A stretch of 63,935 bases of DNA, the filler included, from Pelomyxa schiedti (Eukaryota; Protista; Evosea), in NCBI GenBank assembly GCA_020536535.1. It is 7 parts of 7 records of this genome, joined end to end, with 100 filler letters (N's around TTAATTAATTAA, not from the genome) between each part and the next. Parts side by side here need not be neighbours in the genome. Positions count along the whole stretch, not along the records: positions 19,413 to 32,638 come from JAHLWZ010000094.1; positions 32,739 to 39,109 come from JAHLWZ010001427.1; 5 more parts are not named here. One strand, 5' to 3'. The position numbers and the translations under genes were made by a program. Under the pieces are notes generated by a model. That model was not told where the DNA came from. It searched no databases and saw only the letters and a list, made by a program, of their open reading frames with translations. Shown here piece by piece: positions 25,092 to 35,900 of the stretch. Numbering within the stretch: position 1 is the first letter of the stretch; each line of letters opens with the position of its first letter.

Positions 25092-26558
25092 TCAGTCGAG
25101 GTAATCACCATAAATGTGGATGCTGGAGTGAGTAGGAACATTAACCGAGAGGATGAGTGCTCCTGTCGATGCATGAGTCACGTTGATCACATTGCCACCT
25201 TGTGTCCTGTGGAACAACAGACCACACTCAGCAGTGACAACATCAGGGCTGCAAATTGAGACCCTCCTCAGTGGTCGCTGCCTGTCCACTCTCGCTTCCC
25301 ACATTTGGTACTCTGATGAAAGTGACACACAAAACACGGTGTCATTCAACTGTGAAACTGCTTGAAAGGGACTCTCCAATCGCCTGTGAGAGCCAGTGCC
25401 TTCTTCAACAACGAACAACTCCTGTGGATCGTAACAAGTCCGCTGTGTAACAACAACAAAGGTCCTCGACCCTGTTGTTTGGTTGTGGAACATCATGCCT
25501 GATCGGATGTGGGTGTGACCACCACCATAAATCATCCAGATTGTAGTGCCCAGTGTTTTAGTTGACCCAGAGAGAAAAGTCCTCTCAACATCTATCACAG
25601 TGATTCTGAGGAGTTCATTGCCGAATGCCTGGTTGTTTGTAGTCACCATTGCAGCCTCGTCAGGGTTGTTGTGGCTGAAGAAGAACCCAAGTAAAGATGG
25701 CTCCTTCAATGTAATGCACACATTATGAGCAGAAGCAGAGGCAGAGGCAGAGGTAGACTGACACATCAACAGGCGAGATACCCTGGCAATAGAAACCTTT
25801 GAGCTGACCTGGACCAGCATGCTACAGCACACCCACCACTTGCTGTTCACATTCCCCAAGGACAGCACGGACCCATTATCACTCAGCACCCACTCTCCCC
25901 CACCGTTGCTTTTGTGCAATCCGTGGCCATTAGGAGGTTGTGGCTGCCTCAGTGTGTATTCGGACACGATACAGCCGTTCTTGTCAACCTGAGCTTTCTC
26001 AAGAACGTGGAAAGCGTTCCCAACAGAAACGCATTGTGGGTCGCCGTAGTACCGCCTGATCTCAGGGACTTGAGCTGCGCTCCACGCCGTGCTGACGCAC
26101 ACAGGCCCGACAACACCGACGAGTGACCTCGACAAGCCAAACGTGAGGAGCTGCCTCGTGTCTTTGTCACTGCTGTCACTGCAACCTGAGACTACAACGC
26201 CAATCGACGTGGTTGTTGGCCAACGTGTGTGTAGCGGCGCAATCAGCGGTCGCGACGTCAGTGACACTGAGCGCACTGGTGGGACAAAGGACAGGATGGA
26301 CTCCCATAATTGGCGGAGCACGGCGGGCTGGGACGCGAGGCGGCGCGCGGTGCTGGACGCGCCGCACCGCACGTGCGATGATGTGGCCAGGGCGAGCAGC
26401 TGGTCGCGTGCGCAAACGTGAATGTGGAACGAGATTCTGGGTAGTACGCAGTCGTTGCCAGTATTCCTTTGCAGAGTGGAGGTCGTCGTGTTGACATTTT
26501 GTTGCTGTGTGTTTGTGGCCATCGTCGTACTTCGCATACGTGAATTAGGTGATATCAA
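25092..26558 (-). CDS. Lineage-expanded hypothetical protein ('ARDQLLA..HVRCG' family), copy 2
   Basis: 488-aa ORF nearly identical to 20678-22093. Confidence 0.75.
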   Translation of the reverse strand: MISPNSRMRSTTMATNTQQQNVNTTTSTLQRNTGNDCVLPRISFHIHVCARDQLLALATSSHVRCGASSTARRLASQPAVLRQLWESILSFVPPVRSVSLTSRPLIAPLHTRWPTTTSIGVVVSGCSDSSDKDTRQLLTFGLSRSLVGVVGPVCVSTAWSAAQVPEIRRYYGDPQCVSVGNAFHVLEKAQVDKNGCIVSEYTLRQPQPPNGHGLHKSNGGGEWVLSDNGSVLSLGNVNSKWWVCCSMLVQVSSKVSIARVSRLLMCQSTSASASASAHNVCITLKEPSLLGFFFSHNNPDEAAMVTTNNQAFGNELLRITVIDVERTFLSGSTKTLGTTIWMIYGGGHTHIRSGMMFHNQTTGSRTFVVVTQRTCYDPQELFVVEEGTGSHRRLESPFQAVSQLNDTVFCVSLSSEYQMWEARVDRQRPLRRVSICSPDVVTAECGLLFHRTQGGNVINVTHASTGALILSVNVPTHSSIHIYGDYLD

Positions 26559-26708
26559 AGAATTCTAAATTGGTAAAAAAAAAAGAAGATCCTGAGCGAC
26601 GGTAACGAAAATGATCCATTGATTATTTTATTCAAAAGACAAACCCCACCAATACACACCATACATATGCACCCAAGTGAATGTGGTGGGTTGTAAATTT
26701 CACTCCCT

Positions 26709-28973
26709 CTACCATAACCATGGTCCCCAGTTGTTCACTTCATCATCAACCTGCATTACTCCCAATGATTTCTTTGAAGCCTGGATGTGAAGTGGGGTGG
26801 CAGTGACCACCTCCCTGAGGTGTTCCATGGCAAACGAGGCTGTCATCTCAGGGAACACTCTCATAAGCATTTTCCATGTATCGATGCTGGTCCAGATACT
26901 TGTGAACAATGTTGCCCTGCTTTCATAAATCCTTCCAAACTGTTGTTGTGAGGTTAGTCATTTTGTAATGCAGTGTTGTATGGTTTTTCCCAAACCTGGG
27001 TCAAGGTCACATGGAATTTGCGGATCAACCACTCCAGGCAGCTTCTTTTGTTGCTTGCCATCAGCTGAATGAGCAGGTTGTCGATAGTAACATGCTCTGA
27101 TTCGTCCAAATGAAACTGCTGAACAAACCACTTCACAACTTTTCCTGACTGGGGTGATTCACAAGCTGAGAAAGTATCTGCAATGTGCTCCAAGGAGAAC
27201 TTGCCACGGGACAGAACTTCCTTGGCCTGTGAAACACTAATGTTGGAAATCCAGTAACAGTGGCCAATCGGAGGAACATCAAATGTATCCAGCAAGATAA
27301 TTGCAGAGGAAATGCATCCCCTCTGCAGAAGATCCTCAACCCCTTTGATCACGACTCCTTCCCTGATGTTGGATAGCACACATTGTGACAGGAACCACTG
27401 AATGCCAGCAGTACCATCTGCCAATTTGCAGGAGAAGAGTTTCAGCAACACTTCATTGGTCACAGTTGGACTGGCATTCACTTTATCCATGAGGTGGAAA
27501 GTATTCTCCAGCCAGTCAGCAACTGATGTGTTGTTGCGTGCAAGAGATGAGGCAAGGCACTCATTGAGTTGTTTCCGGGTGAGGCGCGGTTCCGTTTTAG
27601 GCAACAGGAACTTCACAAAAGACACACTGTCCCTATTACCACATGCGTCGATGAAGGTGGCAGGTGTGACAGCCCCAACAATTTCACTGAAGTGAGCCAT
27701 CAACCACTCAATGAGATCTGCATCTCCTAGCACACAGGCGGTATGTAGATCCCCTGGTTTTGGTTGAACCCAGAAGCTTTTCATGAACCACTTGATGGCC
27801 TTGGAATTTTCCAAGTAGTAGTATTCCCCGGGTGGTATTCTAAGGGCAAATCTTTTCTTGATCCAGTCACACACTTCTTCCAAATCAGCTTCATTTGATG
27901 AAGACATGGAGTTTTGTTCAACAAAACTCTTCAGTACTGTAAAACCAGCCACTTCAGGTGGGCATTCATCACCACAGAACAACTCTGTGCAGAACTGGAT
28001 TACTTCCAAGCTGGGGCTGCCAATGAATTCCCCCAGATTACAAAGAGGATCTTTATCATTAACCATTGCACTGCACGCACCAACAACATCAGTCGAAGAC
28101 GCCATCCACTTCACCACATCTAAGTGGCCCTCCCTCAGTGCCACACGGAACGGCATTGGAAGCTCCCATGACTCAATCCCAGAACCGTGGAACTTTGAAA
28201 TCACCCACTTCACCACATCCAAGTTGCCACCTTTGCATGCATCATACAACAGGCTGCGTGAATACCCACGGCAATGATACTGAATTGCTCTGATGTCATC
28301 AAGCACGTCAGGGTCATTTACCGGCCACCTCAGCAGGCTGCAACCACTCCACGGTGTGTCACCTCCCTCAACGAGCTCCTTTGCCATCTCAATGTGTCCC
28401 CCTGAACACGTGTGTTTTGAGTGGTAATTTCAGTAAGTGAATGTTCGGCCCATCGCTTTCAGTAATTGGATGCATGTAATTCCAAAAAAACGTGTACACA
28501 CAACAACGCAACGACGCAACAACACAACAATACATACCCAAACACAGACCCCTGAGCACAGTGATGCATTCCTTCCTGTTGTTCCTGGTTTGCTTGCTCT
28601 TGATGATCCAATCGACGCACCTGGCGCTCCCCGCCTCCCCGGCGCACTGCAACGCGAAGTACCGCGACGTCTGGAGTGCCCCGCAGCTGCGGAGGTCCCG
28701 GGCGTAGACATTCACGCCGCCCATGAGGAACCTGCAGGCCCTGGGCACCACGGGGAACAGCGCCTCCGCCACGCGCGAGACCGTGCGCCACTGGTCGGGG
28801 GCGAGCGGGTCGCCGCAGTCACGGGACGGGCGCACGACTGTGGGCTCGACCACGTGCTCCCACACGACGCGCGACACCGTCATGGTCCACGCTACGATGG
28901 CGGCCCGACGTCGTTGTAGCTCGTTATCAGTTGTGGTGTTTGTTGTTGTTGTTTTCAGACGGGCTGGTTGCAT
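26709..28973 (-). CDS. Ankyrin-like repeat protein, copy 2 (about 2 introns)
   Basis: LRGLCLG|GHIEMAKELV, LLYDACKGGNLDVVKWVI, ALREGHLDVVKWM; exons correspond to ORFs 28389-28973, 26954-28387 and 26709-26909. Confidence 0.75.
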
Positions 28974-29023
28974 TGTGTTGATGTGAAGAGGTTTTTTCAG
29001 AAGGGGAACGTAACGAACACGTT

Positions 29024-30021
29024 TGTAGTGAGATAAGGAGGAACAAAGTCTTTATTGGGGATAAAAAAGGGAGTGTGTAAAATCTCGCAGAGCGGTTGTG
29101 CAGTTGGGTTAAAAGGCTGCGATGTTCAAATGGATTCTCGGACGAGTGTGCATGTAATCAAAACTGCGTGCCACGTTATTGTTGCTGTATTCGTGTATTT
29201 GTGCGCCCAGCTGCGCTGTGCGCTGATCATTATTACCTTCGCTGTCTCATTCTGGTAATAGTCCAGATTCGGCTCAGTCCTCAGAGTCTCCAATCATCCC
29301 GCTAAAGTGTGCCAGACTTCAGAGCCTCGCGAGCAAGGCCAAGTGCATGTACTTTGTGGAAGTACACGACTGACCATTACCATCACCCAACATCCATCAA
29401 AAACACATTCTGTTGCCTCCACCACACTAATTGGCAGACCAACAGCAACGCATCAACACCACCTCTGTGAATTTTCCTCTTTCCACAAACTTGGCTTTGC
29501 TCACAAGGCTCTGAAGTCTGGCGCACTGGAGTGGGATGATTGGAGACTCTGAGGACTGAGCCGAATCTGGACCATTACCAGAATGAGACAGCAAAGGTAA
29601 TGATCAGTGCACAGCACAGCTGGGTGCACAAATACAGCAACAACAACATCGCAGGTGGTTTTGATTACATGCACACTCATCTGAGATTCCATTGCCTTTT
29701 AACCCAGTTGCACAACCGCTCTGCGAGATTTTACACACTGTGTACTTCCACAAAGTAAACAAACTTGGCCTTGCTTGCAAGGCTCTGAAGTCTGGTGCAC
29801 TTTAGTGGGATTGGAGAGACTGAGGACTGAGCTGAATCTGGACTGTTACCAGAATGAGACAGTGAAGGTAATGATCAGCGCACAGTGCAGCTGGGCGCAC
29901 AAATACAGCAACAACAACGTGGCAGGCAGTTTTGATTACATGCACACTTGTCTGAGAATCCATTTGAACATCACAGCCTTTTAACCCAATTGCACAACCG
30001 CTCTGCGAGCTTTTACACACT
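29024..30021. repeat. Three copies of a ~300-340 bp LTR-like repeat (29024-29367, and in opposite orientation 29480-29739 and 29740-30021)
   Basis: Copies match directly. The longest reads TGTACTT...AATAAA...CTACA on the minus strand. A diverged relative lies at ~48940-49277. Confidence 0.75.
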
Positions 30022-30815
30022 CTGATTTCTGCCAGATGGATGAGAAAATGCTGATTAATGATTTTTAGGGTAAGTCTAATTGGATTTCTTGCATCAGAAA
30101 CCACTTGAATTTGTTCTTGCTGATGAAACTGTTTCTCTGCCAATCAGAACTTGTTGTTGTGTGGACTGGCTGCAAGTTGTTCCTTTGTGTTCTGACTGTG
30201 CTGCTCCAAATGCCTCTTGTGTGCTTCTGTGGGATGTAGTTCGTTGTGTGACGGCAAAGCAGAGAACAAGAACGAGATCAAGAAAGGATTCTATTATTTG
30301 TTCTGTTTTGTTGTTTGTTTTGATTTATGAGGTTTGGGTCGTGATTCTAAGGTCGGAGTGTGTCGGGTTTATAAGGACTCGAAAACGACTTGAAATCGAG
30401 GTGAACGATCAGGTAGATTTCCGCGAACTTGATTTCCTAAGATGTCAGGTCCGAGTGCTGACTCAGCAGGTCAGTCTCTCAGTCTCAGTGTTCGTGCTCG
30501 CACTCGCAGAGAGTTTGCTTGTGTATTCTACAGAATCACACACACTCCTCCTCCTTCTTGAGATCAGAGATCAGTTCTTCTGAAAAGGCAAAAACGAAAA
30601 GTGGTGCTACGGCGTTCCGTTCGCTGTGCGTCGTGCGTCGGCTCAGTTCATGTCCGGTGTTGCATGGAGTTGTTGTCATTGAGATGACAAAGTGGTTGGT
30701 GAGTACGGAATGTCGAAGTGCGTTGTAGGTTGATATTCGGCGTTCGGCGTTCGTTGTTCTGTGATGCAAGTAGTGTGGTTGTACTTCTTGAGTGTGCCAA
30801 TGTACCTTTGGTGCA

Positions 30816-32319
30816 TTTTTTTTTTTTTTTTTTTAATTGGTTCACTGGTGAGTTACAATAATCTAAGGGATGATGCCTGAATCCATCATCCCCTAGGGTG
30901 CAGTGTTGGTGGTGACTCTGCGGAGGTGAGCCGCAGTGTTGTTGATGATGCTGGTGTAGAGTTTGTCCCACCAGAAGGCCTTTGGGGTTCTACAGGCCCA
31001 ATTGGGGGGTTCAAACTCCTTGTCATCCAGCACAGAGATGAGGCTGTTGACAAATGAACACGTGAGTTCTGTTGGTGCTCCTGTTGACTCCCAGCATACA
31101 GGAGTAAACACATACCTGTCTGAGCACCTGGGCAACCACTTTGCCCATTTGCGTTGCTCCTGCTTTGAGGCATTGTCAAGGGATTTGGGGATTTGGTGAG
31201 CTGGGCAGATGTTAGGGCACACAATGGAGATATCCAGAATCTGTGGAGGAGGATTGTCCTCCACCAGGCGGTCAATTCTCCCTTCAGTTTCATTGGAAAC
31301 CTCCTTCTGCACTGTCACACCTGCCTGCTTTGCCAGCTGGTAAAGCAAGTTGACAACTGCATCATGTCTTCTGATTTGAAGGCCCCCACGTTTACAGCTC
31401 AGTAAGTGAGTGTCGTGTGGGTCCAGGGCATGCCCACAACAGCACACTCTCCTCAGTGGGCCATGCACAATGTGATGGAATCGTTTGAGAGGGTGAGCTG
31501 AGGGATTGAGGGAATGACCTTGGTCCATCTTGAGGCCATGTGTGCCTTGTTGCTTTGCACAATGGCTTTTTCGGTTAGGGAAGCATTCTCCATCCAATTG
31601 CGCTTGTTCTCCTCAAAACACAACCTAGCTATCTTCTTTTGGAGTTTTGCCGTCGGTTGTTTTCCTTGGAGTTCCTGCACAATTTTCTCTGGGATGGGGT
31701 CCACATAAGGGGGTTGGGAGCTGGTGCTGGGGGGAAGGTGCTGGGTTTCATGCCATGAACTCTGAATACAGATCTTGTGCATTGCCTGGAAATTGGGAAG
31801 CCCCAGGCCTCCCTGCTTTGCAGGCCAGTGAACCAAGCCTTGATTTTTTGGTGGAATTGCCGATTTCAGCATGCCCTGGAGGAGACTGTACATGCTGCTG
31901 TTCAGTGGAGTAAACCAAGACCCCTCTGTTGGGGTAGTTCAGCAGAGGTAGTTTGGGTTTTGGGCTAGGGTGTGCCTCAACATGAGGAGGCGGAGCTGGA
32001 ATGATTTTAATTGCTCCAGTGTGTGGATGTTGCCAGCCCACATGTTGACCTTCAGCTTGACTGACCTTTCCACAAAGACCCAGTTGTGCGTCACCTGTTC
32101 TACCTTGATGATGGCACCTTGATTGGCCCAACCAAGGACTGTCTGAAGGCCTTTACATACTTCAGAATGCCCTTCCCAAACTGGGTCTCCACCTTAACCC
32201 TGCCAAATGCACCATCTTCAACAAAGACACCACCCTCATGCAGAACAACAGGGGACTGACCCTCTCCTCAGAAGGTATCAAAGTTCTCAGCTCTTTCATT
32301 GGAGAAGAGGACTTTGTGG
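30816..32319 (-). mobile_element. Degenerate non-LTR retrotransposon, RLE type (CRE-like), 5'-truncated with inverted RT segment
   Basis: Minus strand: WPAKQGGLGLP, CCCG..H..SC zinc knuckle, IRRHDAVV, RID..LDISIV, K..KW, FTPVCWESTG, 3' UTR and poly(A). Plus strand 32078-32319: FYLDDGTLIG, LGLHLNPAKC, GIKVLSSFIG. Confidence 0.88.
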
Positions 32320-32321
32320 CA

Positions 32322-32493
32322 GCGAGAGCGCGAGAGAGCAAGAGAGCGAGAGCGTGAGAGAGCGAGAGCGTGAGAGAGCGAGAGCGAGAGCGTGAGAGAG
32401 CGAGAGCGTGAGAGAGCGAGAGCGTGAGAGAGCGAGAGCGAGAGCGAGAGTGAGAGCGAGAGCGAGAGCGAGAGCGAGAGCGAGAGCGAGAGC
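32322..32493. repeat. (GAGAGC)n / (GAGC-GT-GA) microsatellite
   Basis: Direct inspection; abuts the 5' junction of the retroelement. Confidence 0.95.
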
Positions 32494-33770
32494 AAGGGGT
32501 GTTAGTGCCAAGGTGAGGTGGGTGGAGGCGGAAGTAAAGCCTGACATTGCACTCTGTTCATCAGCCCTTCTGGCATCCAGGGTCCTGTTGTCGTTGAGTG
32601 GGGTGATGTTAAAAAGGGAATGTACCTTGGTCATAGATNNNNNNNNNNNNNNNNNNNNNNNNNNNNNNNNNNNNNNNNNNNNTTAATTAATTAANNNNNN
32701 NNNNNNNNNNNNNNNNNNNNNNNNNNNNNNNNNNNNNNTATGGACGTGATGAAATGCTACGGCAGCACCCGTTGGCCCTGCCGCAGGTCCAGCAACAAAT
32801 TTTCTCTGGTTACACTGTGTGAGCTGCACTTGGGAAGGTGAAATAAAGGTATGTCTGCCGCACACAGCACATCACGAATTGCTTGGATTTGCACAATTGG
32901 AAAACAAGCGGCGTGTGTGTGTGGGGTGTGTGCTCTTGTGGTGACTGTTGAGGTCAGTCATTTTTTGCGTGCTGTGCGCACAACACATACACATGTTGTT
33001 GTCTAACAACGCCATAACCAGCGACACGAGAGATCCAGATCCAGATCGCGCAGCTGTGACCACGCTGCATGCAGGGTGTCACACCGCTCGGCCCGCCGCA
33101 CGACTCGACTGCTGCTGCCGCCGCTGACTTGTGTTGTGCAGTTGTTTTTTTTTCGAAATTGTGGCCAGAACGCACACGCACACAAGGGCGCAGGGCATTG
33201 CTGGCACACCCCCCCGACAAGTCAAAAAAGAAAAAAAGAAAAATAATGTGAAAGAAGAAAAATTTATTATTCGATTGTATTTTGGTATTGATTGTCCGAA
33301 GCCGGTTACCCTGCAATGCAGTTATACGAAGGAAACGAGAAGAAAAAACCAAACAAAAAAGGGGGTAGCATTCCCAGTGCAGGGTAACACTCCCCACGAA
33401 ACGAGAAGAAAGAAAAAAACACAAAACAAAAAAAAAAAAGAGAGATGGGAAGAACAATGCCTTGCTTGTTGTCGTTGCTTGCTTGTCTGCCCTCTTACGA
33501 CGCACACTGCATTCCACACTCACTCTCTCCCCCTCTTTTCTTCTCTTTTGTGTGGTGTGTATTTTTCTTCTCAACTCGTGTCTTGAGTTTTGTTTTTTTT
33601 ATGAACTTTTGGCGATCAACGATCCTTATAAATCCAAATTTCGACGTGTCGACAACGAATTTTCTCAGTTGCTTCAGTTGCCTTGAAGATGAAAAGAGAA
33701 GCCAGGTGTCTTTTCCTCGATCTATTCCATAAATGGAAGCTGAAAGTGACTCCTCAGGAGGCTCTCAGAA

Positions 33771-35900
33771 ATGGACGCCCTGGTGATTGAGGGTATATTT
33801 CCAGGTTCTCCCTTGGGGCAACCTATTTCAAGGTTGCAAGGTCTCCTCCTGGACCACATCAAAACATCAGATCTCTGGACGCCATCAAAACATCGCAGCA
33901 CGTTTGAATTTATTCGTGTCTGGGCGCAGGTGCTCGCAAAGAAATCCTCTGGGTGTTGTAGACGACAATAACGCGTACGAGATCTTGGGACGTGCGGGGG
34001 TGGAGCTTCGCGATCTTATTTCCAGGGGCCGGCCGGGTGCATGTGCGGCAATCACCCTGTCTCAGACAAGAAAAGAAATAAAAGGGTGTCGGCCGCATGT
34101 TGGTCATCATTTTGTCATGTAGATCCTCCGTTCCTCAATTACCTATTATTAATCCCTGTTTCTTTTAAAATATAAATAAATGGGTATAATAATAGGAACT
34201 CACGAGATCAATACAATACACTGCACAAAAAAAAACAACTTCTTAGCTATCATCCTAATACCGAATCTCAAAATACCGAACTCTCTTCAGCCAGCTCAAG
34301 TTTCTTCAAATACAAAAGCGAGGACAAGATTACTGTCTGGTTCACTGTTCACTTCGCATCAACTTATGTAAACGGCGAAGCGTATTTGTTTGTTGGTACT
34401 CATACGCCGTGCAGATCAGTGAAACGGAAGTTCTCTACTCATGCGATTGTCTGAGAAGATCATGAAAAGTGGCATCTGGTTCATGTATATTGTGGTGCTC
34501 GAGGTTTACCGGCGAATAAGCCTTTATTGAGGTAATTTCTTTTTCCCTATGTTTGAGTGCACTCAGAAACTTCGTGCAATCTATTCTCATCATCGTGATG
34601 CAAAAGAGAGTGCAGAGACCAAGCTCTACAAAGAAATGGTGGAAGCTGTTGGACATTTTTTTCCAACAGTCCTTCAAGCTTGACTGGGGCCGGTTCTCAA
34701 TTGAAGACGATGCCAATTCCAGAAATAAGTGGTATCTCCTCCTTGGTTTGGCATGCATCCTGGCTACAAATAATTTTCAACAGCCTGGACAAGCTTACTG
34801 CAGTTACACAGCCGCCAGTGATATCCGACAGCTACCGCTTCTAAATTGGCTTGATTGGACTAATTACCCTCACTAGCTCCCTCACCAAGCTCACTCAAAC
34901 TCTGCAAAGCACACCTAGACTACAAAGGTACGAAGATATACATCCCTGAAACTGTTCTTCTGACTGAAGTAATACAGTTATTTTCCCTTGTGGATGGAGA
35001 CGCTGCCCCGGTCGCCTACAACGCAACAGGCGGAGCACTAAAACGCGTTCTTGAGGAGTCTCATCTGTTTGGTCGTACTCTTGACAATTACAAGCTCTTC
35101 TAATACCCATTGTGCAGCAATTATTCAAAGCTATGGAGGATATGGCGTTCCTTGCTTGGAACATACCAACTTATTAATCCCCGTGAAACATTTGACTTTC
35201 TGGTCTGACCCTTAAAGCTACGAAGGCTGTTGATAGCCCCGAATCTTCAATGGTATATTCCAAACAATTAAAAAACATCTTATGGCTGACTCCTTATGTA
35301 GCCAGTCCTAAATTTCTCACTGTTGAAAAATTGATGAGTGTTGGTTGCTCAATTGAATGTTTCTAGATGAATTGTGGGACCGCTTTTGTGAGCACATTGG
35401 TGAAATTACTAAACACAAGGTTACAAGGGAAATTGGTTTCACCTTGTGCCCAGACCTCTGGAGTCCGTTCCATCATTCTCACTTCTTACCTGGGTCAGCT
35501 GCCATGTGACACGTCCCAAGTGTATCAGACACCATTATCAGCTACAGCTAAGATGCAGTTTATCTGCCCCTCTTGACAAACATCTTTCTTCTATGCTGAT
35601 CCGTGAAATTTCTCAAGATACTGCCACCCCGTTTTTTCCTAATACACACATAAAAGTACTCGAGTCTTTGCTAAAGCTGATTCACCTGGTGACAACTTCT
35701 TACTCCTCACATGTAGTAAAGCTCCCAACAACACCGAATCAACAACTACCTCCTTTCCTGTGTATTCTCTGTAATAACACAAAAAAATATTCAAATACAT
35801 TTTGGGGTAGTTTTTACAACCCCCTTTGGGGCACAAAGACCGCAGGAGAGTGGGCACAAGAACAGGCCATCCTGTCCAGTGTAGAGGAGCGGCAAGAAGC
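33771..35900 (+). CDS. Possible multi-exon hypothetical gene or pseudogene
   Basis: Series of short plus-strand ORFs with protein-like composition; no recognisable motif; boundaries approximate. Confidence 0.3.

Larger units (their letters stand above)
19413..28232. repeat. Duplicated ~4.3 kb unit (19413-23692 / 23793-28232)
   Basis: Both start gattgtgggaggaaac and carry the same non-coding block, LINE 3' fragment, RCG-family gene and ankyrin-like gene; separated by a 100-N gap. Confidence 0.85.

Noticed and set aside
29024-30021. CRISPR-like or tRNA array
   Set aside because: Units are ~300 bp with no short repeat-spacer pattern, no cas genes and no cloverleaf.
32207-32686. ORFs with LS, AL or RA dipeptide repeats
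   Set aside because: Microsatellite translations; only the RT-derived part is meaningful.
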